Source: Flavobacteriales bacterium (GTDB taxonomy: Bacteria; Bacteroidota; Bacteroidia; Flavobacteriales_F; PHOS-HE28). From it: a stretch of 44,554 bases of DNA. The notes beneath the pieces were generated by a model. It did no database searches and was not told the DNA's origin. It saw nothing but the letters and a program-made list of their open reading frames with translations. The DNA lies in NCBI GenBank assembly GCA_046596155.1, contig JBKJNF010000297.1, positions 1 to 44,554 on the forward strand, in the 5' to 3' direction. Made by a program: the position numbers and the translations under genes. Position 1 is the stretch's first letter; each line of letters begins with the position of its first letter. This document shows, in pieces, positions 1-9,458 of the stretch.

Positions 1-1727
1 GTGACACCGCCGCGTGACGTATCCTCTGCGGCGAAGGCACGGCTATCGAACACGTGCCCTTCCTTCTTCACGGTCATGATCACATCGGAACCGGGTTTCA
101 GGCGCAACACGGTGGCATACTTACCATCGGCCTCATCCACCTTGATGATCTCCGTCTTGCGCGTGTCCATGTAAGTGATGCGCACTTCGGCATCCTTCAC
201 GGGCTCACCTTGCTCGTTCTTCACCTCTCCTTTCACGATCAGGATGTCCTCGGGGCGTGCGGCCTGGGGCAACTCGAATCCGTAGATATCCAGTCCACCG
301 GCCCCTTTGAAGCGATTGCTGGCGAAGTAGGCCATACGACCATCGGCGCTCACGATCAGTCCGTGATCATCCTGCGCGGTGTTCAGCGGGGCCCCAATGT
401 TCTTCGGTTCGCCCCACGCACCGTTGTCGTCCAAGTGGCTGTAGAAGATGTCATAGCCTCCGATGCCACGATGACCGAGGCTGGTGTCCGCCTTTCCTTC
501 ATCGTTCTTGGGCGGGCGCGCAGCGAAGTACAAGGTGCGACTGTCGGTGTGCAGGAAGGGTGCTTTTTCATCCCCGAGCGTATTGATGGGTGCGGGCAGC
601 GGCTTCGCCGGGCTCCACTCGCCTTGTTCGTTCCGCGTGCTGGTGTAAATGTCCGTTGCGCGACTACCCTTACGCAGCGTGGCGAAGTACAGCGTCCTGC
701 CATCTGCGCTCAACGATGGCTGGCTTTCCCAGCCGTCCTCGGTGTTGATATTCGGTCCCAAGTTCTCCGGCTCGGTCCAGTCATACGTGATGTTGCCGGT
801 ACCGAAGTCGACATGTGTATCATAATGCGTACGGTAGATGTCGAAGTTCTTTGCCTTCGATCCGGGAATGGGCGTGCCGATGGTGACGTACACCTCCTTG
901 TTGTTCAAGCTCACTGTAACGCCGCCGTAGTTGTCACCGAGGTTAAAGGGCTTAGGCAGTGCCGAGCCCTTGTCAAAGTCCTGTTTCACACTGGCGCGGC
1001 GGCTTTCCGTGAGTTCCTCCACATCGATGGAAACGAAATCACCCTTTGCTTGCTTCTTGGTAACGCGGGTGAAGAAGAGCAGCTCATTGTCCGGTGAGAA
1101 CATCGGAAGGTACTCGTCGGCCTGCGTGCTCACCCCTTGTAGCAGCGTGGGGTTGAAGGGCCGTTGATCCTGGTAGAACTCTGCATAGAACGCGAGCTCG
1201 GGCATGATGCGTTCCACCTCAGCGGTCTTCTTGTCCACGTCGGGTGCGAAGCGGGTCATGTCCTCCGTGGGGAACTTCAGGAATTTCTGGAAGGCCTGAG
1301 TGGCCTCGGGAAACCGGTCCTTGGCGTAGTACATGCTGCCCAGCGCGAAGTACATGTCGCTGTGGTAGTCGGGGCATTTGTCCTTCACCTTTTCCAGGTA
1401 ACCGATGCCGGTATCGAAGCTACCTGCACCGGTTCGGGCACGTCCGAACGCACTGATGCCAAGTTGGAAGAGGCATTCGGTGCATTCCGCGTCGATCTCC
1501 TGGGTAGCCTTCAGCTTGGCGTGGTGCTCCGTGGGGTTCTTCTCCTCCTCGGCATCGGCCAGCAACTTCAGGATCTTTTTATCCTGCGGTTTGTCGCATG
1601 GACCCGGTTCATCTTGCGCACCCGCGGCCATGGGCAGCAGCAGCGCGCAGGTCACCATGACCTTCACGGACAGGCGACACAACAGCTTCGTGAATGGCAT
1701 GGCACTTCGTTCCTTCGCGATCCTCAT
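1..1727 (-). CDS. OmpA/TolB-like outer-membrane protein, N-terminal ~575 codons; the 3' end lies beyond the window start
   Basis: Absent from the ORF track because there is no stop inside the window. My translation of the minus strand from ATG 1727 (alternative ATG 1700) gives MRIAKERSAMPFTKLLCRLSVKVMVTCALLLPMAAGAQ... and runs without a stop to position 1. It contains a TPR-like segment, repeated PD40/WD40-like motifs (SADGRTLYFA, DSRTLYFAA, SADGRMAYFASNRFKGAGGLDIY) and a CarboxypepD_reg-like stretch (IVKGEVKNEQGEPVKDAEVRITY). Plus-strand ORF 54..1097 is its antisense shadow. Confidence 0.8.
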   Translation of the reverse strand, partial: MRIAKERSAMPFTKLLCRLSVKVMVTCALLLPMAAGAQDEPGPCDKPQDKKILKLLADAEEEKNPTEHHAKLKATQEIDAECTECLFQLGISAFGRARTGAGSFDTGIGYLEKVKDKCPDYHSDMYFALGSMYYAKDRFPEATQAFQKFLKFPTEDMTRFAPDVDKKTAEVERIMPELAFYAEFYQDQRPFNPTLLQGVSTQADEYLPMFSPDNELLFFTRVTKKQAKGDFVSIDVEELTESRRASVKQDFDKGSALPKPFNLGDNYGGVTVSLNNKEVYVTIGTPIPGSKAKNFDIYRTHYDTHVDFGTGNITYDWTEPENLGPNINTEDGWESQPSLSADGRTLYFATLRKGSRATDIYTSTRNEQGEWSPAKPLPAPINTLGDEKAPFLHTDSRTLYFAARPPKNDEGKADTSLGHRGIGGYDIFYSHLDDNGAWGEPKNIGAPLNTAQDDHGLIVSADGRMAYFASNRFKGAGGLDIYGFELPQAARPEDILIVKGEVKNEQGEPVKDAEVRITYMDTRKTEIIKVDEADGKYATVLRLKPGSDVIMTVKKEGHVFDSRAFAAEDTSRGGV

Positions 1728-1825
1728 CCGACTAATGCATCATCTTCACACTTGCGGGTTCGGCACTGCGGTGGTGAACTGCAAAGCGTGTTCCGATCGG
1801 GCACCAAGGGCATTTCCGCGTAGTT

Positions 1826-4660
1826 CTACTTCACCGTTGTATTGGTCTCCTCGGCCTTTTTCACCAGATCGTCCCCTTTCTGTCGGGCCACGCCCACCAA
1901 TGCGTCGGCCTTTTTGTCGCCTTCGGCGATGAGCTGTTGTTCCTTTTTGTCGGCCTCCTTCTTCGCCTTGTCGGCCACCAGCTTGGCGGCCATCTTGGCG
2001 AGCGGGTTGGCCACCTTGGCGAGTTCATCATCGGCGGCCTTGTAGGCCTGCGCTTTCACGTTGGCAGCTTCGCTACGAGCGCGGGCCTTGGCATCGGCGG
2101 CCTGCATCTCAGCCTCGGCGATGAGGCGATCGCGCTCGGCCTTGGCCTTCGCGATGGCATCCTCCTTCACCTTGTTGATCTGGGTGTTGAGTTCCTCCTT
2201 AGCGGCGGCCACGACCGTCTCCTTGATGTTAGCACCACCGCCGGCGAACACGGGTTTCACGATGGGCTTGTCGATGGTGCCGGTGATCTTGGCGGTGAGG
2301 TCGATCTCCTTAGGCACCTCTAAGTTGCCGCCGATGGCCTTGTTCGCCTGTCCGAGCAGCCCTGCCACGGCCTGCGCAGCACCGGCGCCGAAGATGTCGC
2401 TGGGCACCTTGGCCGTCATGTCGTAATCGATGGACTGATCGGCGAAGGCCGTACTTCCGCCCACGCGGGCCTTGAGTCGGTCGATCTTCACGTCGAAGGG
2501 CTTGGTGATCATCTTACCGTCCCGGAACTCGTAGGCGAAATTCACCTCCTGCAACGTAGGGTTTTGGAGTTCCTTGATCTTCACCACCTTCTGCAGTTCA
2601 TCAAGCACCTTGAATCCTTCGATGCGCACGGACTTTGAGCGCAGGGTCCCTAGACCCGCCAGCGACTGCATTACCGGCATCATGTGCTGATCGAGGTCGG
2701 CCGTCATCTTTAGATCGGTGCTGAAGGCGCCTTTGCAGTTCTTCGCGATGGGAGCCAACTTCTGCACCGTCTCCATGTATTTCACGGTCTCTTCAATGTC
2801 GAAGTCGAGTACGGAGTAGTTGAAGGTGATGGTGGGTTTGGCGAGGTTGGAGGCCTCGTAGGAGCCGTTCATGGAGGCACTGCCCTTGAAGAGGTTGAAG
2901 AGGATGTCCCTCATCTCCACACGCTGATCATGCACGTACAGTTCGCCCTTGCAGTTGGTGAGCTCCATCTTGTCATAGATCACCTGCTTCACGGAGGTGG
3001 CCAAGCGGAAGTCGATGTTCTTCGGCACCTGGATCACGGTGAGCGGTGTGGTGTCCGCGGCGGCCTCACCTGCGGGCGATCCCGCAGTGGGGCCCATGAG
3101 TTCGTTCACGTCGAATTTATTGCTACTCACCGTGAAGTTGCCGGTGAGCGTGCTATCCTTCAGCCACCATTGCAGGTAGTTGTCCATGCGGCCGCTGGCG
3201 TGCAGATCACTGCCGCCCACGGTGCCGTCATAATTGACGAGTTGCAGGAATTGCGGACTGAACTGGAACAACAGATCGCTGATGCCGATCCCGTATGGCA
3301 GCGAGTCGCTCTTGTAGTTCACGCCCTTCAGTCGTAGGGTGCCTTCCGCCTTGAACTTGTCGTACTGACCCTTCTCCACAGCGCTCATACGCCCGGCCAT
3401 CTTCACATCGGCATCGAGGGTCCCCTGTAGATCATCCTTGCCCATGGGCACCACCTTCTTCACACTGGCCAGGTCGATGTTGGCCTTCAGTACCGCATCC
3501 ACATCGGGGTCGCTGATCGGCGTGCTGAGGTGCATGCGCGCTTCCACGGGATTCCCGGCCATGTTCATGGCAAAGCGCTTCAGTTCCACCACCATGCCAT
3601 CCAGGTCCTTGCCTTCAGGGCAGTTGATGTCGCAGTCCACAAAGATGTTCTCCACGCTGCTCGGCAGGTCGGGGTATTTGAAACGCCCGTTGTCCACGCC
3701 GATGCGCACGCCGAACCCAGGCATCTGCTTTTCGTTGTAGGTGCCCTTCACGTAGCCTTTGAACTCGGCCTTGCCGCTCATATCCACGCCTTCCAGGTTG
3801 CTGGCGAACTCGGCGGGCACCAACGAGAGCAGTGTTCCGAAGTCGGTCTTCTTGGTGTTCCAGGCGATGTCCATGGCGATGTCGTCCGTGGGCATGGCCA
3901 GCCATCCGTCAAAGCCGAGGGCCAGCTTGTTGATGGTCACTTCGTTCTCCTTGAACGTGAACTTCATGTGGGGCATGTCCATGTCAAGGTCAGCCTTCAC
4001 ATCGGCCTTCACGTTCTTCAGGTACTTCACGCCATCGTATACTACGTTCAAGGTATCGCAATGCGTCACGGTCTTCAGCACGAACAGGTCCTGGTTGAAG
4101 TCGCCTGCACCGGTATGCTCCAGTCCGGCAAGGTCCAGCAGCATCGGCAGGCTTTCGTCGTCGTAGGTGAGATGACCATGGGAAATGGAATATTCGCTGA
4201 GCTTTAAGTTGAACTTGGTTGCGCTTGTATCCTTGGCCAGTTCCGCATTGGTGCTATCGGCCTTGGCGATGTCCCAGTTGGCCCGGCCGTCCTTGAGCAC
4301 CTTCACATGGATCACGGGATGGTCCAGTGCCACGCGCTTGATGAGGATCTTCTCGCCGAAAAGGCTCATAAGCCCCACGGTGGCCTTCAGTTCGCCGATG
4401 TCCGCCAGGCAAATGCCCTGGAACGGAGCGACGTTGCACACCTTCACGTCCTTCACTTCGAAGCCCGCGTTGGGGAAGCTGCTGATGATGGTGAGGTCCC
4501 AATCACCCCAATCCACAGCGGCGTTGACGTTGGCATTCACCTGCTCCTTCACGGCCTTCTCGATCTTGTCCTTGAACAGGATGGGTATGAGAATGGCGGC
4601 CACGATGAGCAGCAGGAACAGGATGCCGACGGCGGCGAACAGGCGTTTGATCCACTTCAT
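1826..4660 (-). CDS. AsmA-family outer-membrane biogenesis protein with a Lys/Ala/Glu-rich C-terminal tail
   Basis: 944-aa ORF. It has an N-terminal anchor (MKWIKRLFAAVGILFLLLIVAAILIPILF) followed by a long beta-rich body typical of AsmA/TamB-like proteins. The last ~150 aa are coiled-coil-like (KEDAIAKAKAERDRLIAEAEMQAADAKARARSEAANVKAQ...). Its start lies 3 nt after the aroC stop. Confidence 0.82.
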   Translation of the reverse strand: MKWIKRLFAAVGILFLLLIVAAILIPILFKDKIEKAVKEQVNANVNAAVDWGDWDLTIISSFPNAGFEVKDVKVCNVAPFQGICLADIGELKATVGLMSLFGEKILIKRVALDHPVIHVKVLKDGRANWDIAKADSTNAELAKDTSATKFNLKLSEYSISHGHLTYDDESLPMLLDLAGLEHTGAGDFNQDLFVLKTVTHCDTLNVVYDGVKYLKNVKADVKADLDMDMPHMKFTFKENEVTINKLALGFDGWLAMPTDDIAMDIAWNTKKTDFGTLLSLVPAEFASNLEGVDMSGKAEFKGYVKGTYNEKQMPGFGVRIGVDNGRFKYPDLPSSVENIFVDCDINCPEGKDLDGMVVELKRFAMNMAGNPVEARMHLSTPISDPDVDAVLKANIDLASVKKVVPMGKDDLQGTLDADVKMAGRMSAVEKGQYDKFKAEGTLRLKGVNYKSDSLPYGIGISDLLFQFSPQFLQLVNYDGTVGGSDLHASGRMDNYLQWWLKDSTLTGNFTVSSNKFDVNELMGPTAGSPAGEAAADTTPLTVIQVPKNIDFRLATSVKQVIYDKMELTNCKGELYVHDQRVEMRDILFNLFKGSASMNGSYEASNLAKPTITFNYSVLDFDIEETVKYMETVQKLAPIAKNCKGAFSTDLKMTADLDQHMMPVMQSLAGLGTLRSKSVRIEGFKVLDELQKVVKIKELQNPTLQEVNFAYEFRDGKMITKPFDVKIDRLKARVGGSTAFADQSIDYDMTAKVPSDIFGAGAAQAVAGLLGQANKAIGGNLEVPKEIDLTAKITGTIDKPIVKPVFAGGGANIKETVVAAAKEELNTQINKVKEDAIAKAKAERDRLIAEAEMQAADAKARARSEAANVKAQAYKAADDELAKVANPLAKMAAKLVADKAKKEADKKEQQLIAEGDKKADALVGVARQKGDDLVKKAEETNTTVK

Positions 4661-4663
4661 GGT

Positions 4664-5812
4664 TCAGGTAATAGAGGTAGGCGGAAAGGGCGGGTCACCC
4701 GCCGTTGTAGTGGTGTTCAGGGGCGTTCGATCTTTCACCCTCGCAGCGGAATTTCTCAGGAGATGATCGGCGATCACGAGGCAGGCCATGGCCTCCACAA
4801 CGGGCACAGCGCGGGGCACCACGCAAGGGTCGTGCCTGCCTTTGGCTTCTAACACAACGGCCTGTCCACTGCGGTCCACAGTGGTCTGCTCGCGCATCAA
4901 GGTGCTCACGGGTTTGAAGGCCACATCGAAAACGATGTCCTCGCCCGTGCTGATGCCCCCTTGCACGCCGCCACTGCGATTGGTACGGGTGCTTATGGCA
5001 CCGCCATCGGCCACATACGCATCATTGTGTTCCGATCCGCGCATGCCCGCCGCACCGAAACCGCTGCCGATCTGGAAACCCTTCACCGCGTTGATGGAGA
5101 GCATGGCCTTGCCTAGGTCGGCGTGTAGCTTATCGAACACCGGCTCGCCAAGCCCAGCTGGCACGTGATCCACGACACAGGTTACCAGACCACCGAGTGT
5201 GTCGCCCTCGGCGCGCACGTTCTGGATGGCCAGCGCCATTCGTTCAGCCGTTGATGGATCGGGGCACCGCACGTCGCTGCTGTAAACGGTGGAGAGGTCC
5301 AATTCAGTATATGATCGCGTCAGTTGCACCTGGCCCACTTGGCTTACGTAGGCCTGTACGCGCATGCCTGATGCGGCGATCACTTGGCGGGCGATGGCGC
5401 CGCCAACGACGCGACAGGCCGTTTCCCGTGCACTGGCACGGCCACCACCGCGATGGTCGCGCAGGCCGAACTTTTGTTCCCACGTCAGATCAGCGTGCCC
5501 AGGGCGATAGGCATCCTTCAACTGGTCGTAATCGCTGCTCTTCGCATCGCTGTTGCGGATGATGAAGCCGATGGGCGTGCCGAGGGTGATGCCATCCAAC
5601 AGCCCGCTGAGGAACTCCACACGATCCTCCTCCTTGCGTGTTGTTCCCAGAGGGGTGCTGCCCGGCCTGCGGCGGTCGAGCTCGTCCTGCACGAGAAGCA
5701 GGTCCAGCGTCAACCCAGCGGGGCAGCCGTCGATGACGCCACCGATCGCTTGCCCGTGGCTTTCGCCAAAAGTTGTGAGCGTGAAGACCTTACCAAAACT
5801 ATTGCCGCGCAT
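4664..5812 (-). CDS. aroC: Chorismate synthase
   Basis: MRGNSFGKVFTLTTFGESHGQAIGGVIDGCPAGL..., GRASARETACRV and GRHDPCVVPRAVPVVEAM are textbook AroC blocks. There is a ~30-aa non-conserved C-terminal tail. Confidence 0.95.
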   Translation of the reverse strand: MRGNSFGKVFTLTTFGESHGQAIGGVIDGCPAGLTLDLLLVQDELDRRRPGSTPLGTTRKEEDRVEFLSGLLDGITLGTPIGFIIRNSDAKSSDYDQLKDAYRPGHADLTWEQKFGLRDHRGGGRASARETACRVVGGAIARQVIAASGMRVQAYVSQVGQVQLTRSYTELDLSTVYSSDVRCPDPSTAERMALAIQNVRAEGDTLGGLVTCVVDHVPAGLGEPVFDKLHADLGKAMLSINAVKGFQIGSGFGAAGMRGSEHNDAYVADGGAISTRTNRSGGVQGGISTGEDIVFDVAFKPVSTLMREQTTVDRSGQAVVLEAKGRHDPCVVPRAVPVVEAMACLVIADHLLRNSAARVKDRTPLNTTTTAGDPPFPPTSIT

Positions 5813-5929
5813 GAGGGGGCGAAGTTACCCGTGTGGACCGGCCTTTCTCCGAGCGTCCCGCTCAGCGATCAACGATCATGGGTGAAGAGCCCCATTCGCT
5901 GTCAACACCGCTTTGTGAAGGTCGGGCAC

Positions 5930-6691
5930 ATGCAGGTCCATTCCCTCGGAACTTCGCGATCGACCTTTGGACCCAAGCCGTTCATGCGCCCGATCCACAT
6001 ACAAGCCCAGCCTGACGATGACACATGCGGCGCTACGGCGCTGCAGGCGGTATACCAGTATTTCGGCGAGAAGATCGGTCTGAAGGAGGTGATCAATGAG
6101 GTGTACCACTTGGAGAACGGAGGAACGCTGGCGGTCTTTCTGGGCCTGCACGCGTTGAAGCAAGGCTACCATGTGCGGATCCATTCCTACAACCTGAGGG
6201 TGTTCGACCCCAGCTGGGAAGGCCTTCCGCCAGAGATCCTGCGCAAGAAGTTGGTGGCGCAAACGCGGTTCAAGGAGAGCAAGCGCCTACATGCATCATG
6301 TCTCGCCTACGCCCGTTTTCTAAAGCTGGGGGGGGAGTTGCGTTTCGATGACCCCACCCCTGCCCTGCTGCAGCGCTACTTCGACCACGATCTACCGGTG
6401 CTCACTGGTCTCAGCGCCACGTACCTCTACAAGAGCAAGCGAGAATACAGCACCACGGCCGGTGTCAGCGTGTTCGATGACCTGCGCGGTAAGCCGATGG
6501 GGCACTTCGTAGTGTTGAGCGGCATGAAGGGGAAGCAGGTAACGGTCTCCGATCCCTATAGCGGCAATCCGTTCAGTCAGGCGCATGAATATGAAGTGCA
6601 TGTGGGCCGCCTGATCAACTCGATCATGCTGGGCATTGTGACCTACGACGCCAACCTGCTGATCCTTTCACCGAAGAAATTGCCGGCATGA
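5930..6691 (+). CDS. Free-standing C39-like (papain-fold) cysteine peptidase
   Basis: This is the 3' part of track ORF 5384..6691; the upstream part overlaps aroC antisense and is rejected. In-frame ATGs lie at 5930 and 5984. The C39 signature is present: QPDDDTCGATALQAVYQYFG (Cys codon 6026-6028), GHFVVLSG (His codon 6503-6505) and VSDPYSG (Asp codon 6551-6553). The stop overlaps the next start as ATGA. Confidence 0.75.
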   Translation: MQVHSLGTSRSTFGPKPFMRPIHIQAQPDDDTCGATALQAVYQYFGEKIGLKEVINEVYHLENGGTLAVFLGLHALKQGYHVRIHSYNLRVFDPSWEGLPPEILRKKLVAQTRFKESKRLHASCLAYARFLKLGGELRFDDPTPALLQRYFDHDLPVLTGLSATYLYKSKREYSTTAGVSVFDDLRGKPMGHFVVLSGMKGKQVTVSDPYSGNPFSQAHEYEVHVGRLINSIMLGIVTYDANLLILSPKKLPA

Positions 6692-8169
6692 AGAAGATCA
6701 TCGTGGTGCGCGAGCCCAAGGAATTCAACCTCGGCGTGAAGGGCGTGGAAGTGGTGAGCAGTAAGGATTACCTCACCCATCCCCGCTTTGCGGCGATGAG
6801 CAATGTGCGCGTGTTCAACTTGGCGCGCAGCTACAGTTACCAGAGCCGCGGCTACTATGTAAGCCTGCTGGCCGAGGCGCGCGGACAAAAGGTTATCCCT
6901 GATGCGAAGCACATCCTGGACCTGAAGAATCCGGGCATGGTGCGGGTGTTCAGCCGCGACCTCGACGACCTGATCCAGCAAAGTCTTGGACACAAGTTGA
7001 CGGACGAGTTCACCTTCAGCATCTATTTCGGCAGGAACGTCAACCCCAAGTATGACAAGCTGGCGCACGAGCTCTATCTCTCCTTCCAGGCACCCTTACT
7101 GCGGGCGCGTTTCGTAAAGGGCGATAAGTGGGAACTGCGCTCCATCCGGCCTATCCCGTACAACGACATCCCGGAGGACCACCTCCCTTTTGTGCGCCAC
7201 TTTGCGTCCGACTATTTCGCCAAGAAGCGCTACGACAAGGCCCGGGAGGACCGGAGCGCTTACGACCTGGCCATCCTGGTGAATCCGGCGGACACAGCTT
7301 CGCCCAGCAACAAGCGCGCGATCGTGAAGTTCCGCCAAGCGGCTGAGGAGATGGGCTTCGCGGTGGACATCATTGGACCCAACGATATGGACCGTATTCC
7401 GCAGTACGATGCGCTCTTCATCCGCGAGAACACGCATGTTAACGACCACACCTACCGCATGGCGCGCAAGGCCCAGAAAGAGGGGCTGGCCGTGATGGAC
7501 GCGCCGGAGGCGATCCTGAAATGCAATAACAAAGTGTACCTAGCCGAGGTGATGGAGGCGCATGGCGTGCCCACGCCAAAGACCATGATCGTGCACAGCG
7601 AGAACCGGCACGAGGTGGCCTCACACTTCGGCTTGCCCTTAGTGCTAAAACTGCCGGACAGCACCTTCAGCCGCGGCGTAGTGAAGGCGAAGACCGCGGA
7701 GGAACTCGAGCAGAAGCTGGATGAAGTATTGAAGGAAAGTGACCTCGCGATCGCACAGGAGTTCATGCCCAGCGACTTCGACTGGCGCATCGGTGTACTG
7801 GACGGCAAGCCGCTATACGCCTGCAAATACTTCATGGCAGCGGGCCACTGGCAGATCTACAATTGGTCCAGCGGCACCAAGAAGGGACAGGAAGGCGACG
7901 CCACCACCATGCTCGTGGAGGAATGTCCCTCTTACATCATCGACACGGCGGTAAAAGCCGTGCTGGCGATCGTGGGTGACAAGGGGCTCTTCGGTGTGGA
8001 CGTCAAGGAAACACAGGGTAAGCCCTACGTTATCGAGGTGAACGAATGCCCCAACATCGATCACGGTGTGGAGGACCTGGCATTGGGTGATGAACTTTAC
8101 CGGGCCATCATCGGCAGCCTGAAGAAGACCATCGAGGAGAAGATCGGATCGGCAACAACAACGGACTAA
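6688..8169 (+). CDS. RimK-type ATP-grasp amide ligase with an N-terminal RLAN-like domain
   Basis: 493 aa. The C-terminal ~290 aa align by eye to E. coli RimK (PLVLKLPDSTFSRGV; IAQEFMPSDFDWRIGVLDG; GVDVKETQGKPYVIEVNECPNID). The N-terminal ~200 aa (MKKIIVVREPKEFNLG...RVFNLARSYSYQSRGYYVSLLAEARG) match my memory of the RimK-like ATP-grasp N-terminal (RLAN) domain. Confidence 0.9.
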   Translation: MKKIIVVREPKEFNLGVKGVEVVSSKDYLTHPRFAAMSNVRVFNLARSYSYQSRGYYVSLLAEARGQKVIPDAKHILDLKNPGMVRVFSRDLDDLIQQSLGHKLTDEFTFSIYFGRNVNPKYDKLAHELYLSFQAPLLRARFVKGDKWELRSIRPIPYNDIPEDHLPFVRHFASDYFAKKRYDKAREDRSAYDLAILVNPADTASPSNKRAIVKFRQAAEEMGFAVDIIGPNDMDRIPQYDALFIRENTHVNDHTYRMARKAQKEGLAVMDAPEAILKCNNKVYLAEVMEAHGVPTPKTMIVHSENRHEVASHFGLPLVLKLPDSTFSRGVVKAKTAEELEQKLDEVLKESDLAIAQEFMPSDFDWRIGVLDGKPLYACKYFMAAGHWQIYNWSSGTKKGQEGDATTMLVEECPSYIIDTAVKAVLAIVGDKGLFGVDVKETQGKPYVIEVNECPNIDHGVEDLALGDELYRAIIGSLKKTIEEKIGSATTTD

Positions 8170-8225
8170 CACAGCGCGATGCGGGCGGCATGAGCCGTCA
8201 TCATCGCAGCCAACGCATAGGAACA

Positions 8226-9458
8226 ATGGCCCAACAAAAGCCCTACGGCCTCTTCGAGGTCACCGGCATCGAGCTGGAATACATGGTAGTTGACCGCGAA
8301 ACGCTAAAGGTGAGCGCCACGGTGGATGAGCTCTTCAAGGACACCGTGGGAAAGGTGGTGAGCGATGTAGAACGCGGCGATGTGGAGTGGAGCAACGAGC
8401 TCACAGCCCACGTTGTGGAAATGAAGACCGCAAAGCCAACGGCGAACATCGCGAGCTACGAGATGAAGTTCGCCGCCGAGGTGCGCGCGATGAACGAGGC
8501 ATTGGCCAAGCGTGGCCGCATGCTTCTGCCAGGCGCAGCGCATCCGTTCATGGACCCGCTAAAGGAATCGGTACTGTGGCAGCACGAGCACAACGAAGTG
8601 TACGCGCTTTACAATACTATTTTCGACTGTCGTGGCCACGGCTGGAGCAACCTGCAGAGCACGCACCTCAACCTGCCCTTCGCCAACGACGACGAGTTCG
8701 CGAAGCTGCACACCGCGATCCGGATGCTGTTGCCCATCATCCCCGGGCTCAGCGCCAGCTCACCGATCCTCGACGGCAAGGTCACTGGGATGATGGACAC
8801 GCGTATGCACCACTACCTCACCCACCAGCAGCGACTTCCGCAGTTGATGGGTTCATTGATCCCTGAAGCCGTCTTCAGCCAGGAGGATTACTACCGCGTG
8901 ATCTTCGAACCCATCGCGCGGGCCCTTGCACCCTTCGATAAGGACCAGGTAATGGACCACCACTTCGCGAACAGTCGCGGTGCCATCGCACGTTTCGATC
9001 GAGGTGCCATCGAGATCCGCGTAGTGGACATCCAGGAATGCCCGAGCGCCGACCTGGCCATTGCGGAGATGATCGTTGCTACGCTCAAGGCCTTGGTGGC
9101 CGGGCGCTGGGTGAGCAACTACCTGCAGCGCGCATGGCACGAGAGCGACCTGCTGGCGATATTCAAGGACGTGATCGTGGATGCCGGTGATGCGGTGATC
9201 GCCAACAAGGACTTCCTGCTGATGTTCGGACTAATGCGCGAAAGCGCTACGGGCACTGAGCTTTGGAAGCACCTGTACCGCCAGGTGCGTGAGGACCTCA
9301 GCGATGGCGCACGGATCCGCATCGGTCACATCCTCGATCATGGATGCCTGGCGAAACGCATCCTCGCCCGCACTGGTCCATCGCCGGACCATGCGCGCAT
9401 AGTGGACGTGTATCGCGAATTGGGGCAGTGCCTGCAGGACGATCGTCAACTCGCATGA
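8226..9458 (+). CDS. GCS2-family carboxylate-amine ligase (YbdK-like glutamate-cysteine ligase family 2)
   Basis: Aligns by eye to E. coli YbdK: FEVTGIELEYMVVD, GAAHPF, LLPIIPGLSASSPILDGKVTGMMDTR, GAIEIRVVDIQECP. ATG 8226 is preferred; the track start at 8190 is an alternative. Confidence 0.88.
   Translation: MAQQKPYGLFEVTGIELEYMVVDRETLKVSATVDELFKDTVGKVVSDVERGDVEWSNELTAHVVEMKTAKPTANIASYEMKFAAEVRAMNEALAKRGRMLLPGAAHPFMDPLKESVLWQHEHNEVYALYNTIFDCRGHGWSNLQSTHLNLPFANDDEFAKLHTAIRMLLPIIPGLSASSPILDGKVTGMMDTRMHHYLTHQQRLPQLMGSLIPEAVFSQEDYYRVIFEPIARALAPFDKDQVMDHHFANSRGAIARFDRGAIEIRVVDIQECPSADLAIAEMIVATLKALVAGRWVSNYLQRAWHESDLLAIFKDVIVDAGDAVIANKDFLLMFGLMRESATGTELWKHLYRQVREDLSDGARIRIGHILDHGCLAKRILARTGPSPDHARIVDVYRELGQCLQDDRQLA

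Noticed and set aside
54-1097. 347-aa plus-strand ORF in the track
   Set aside because: It is the antisense shadow of the OmpA/TolB-like gene on the minus strand. Its composition is skewed (Gly/Val/His/Leu/Arg-rich), it has no recognisable motifs and it sits in a GC-rich region where long antisense ORFs are expected.
5384-5929. N-terminal 182 codons of track ORF 5384..6691
   Set aside because: This stretch overlaps the aroC coding region on the opposite strand and has no peptidase similarity. The C39-like homology begins after the in-frame ATGs at 5930 and 5984.
5833-6015. 60-aa ORF considered as a possible precursor peptide for the ligase operon
   Set aside because: It is in a different frame overlapping the peptidase start. 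It has no double-glycine leader and no Glu-rich or Cys-rich core. It is indistinguishable from the many spurious short ORFs in this GC-rich DNA.
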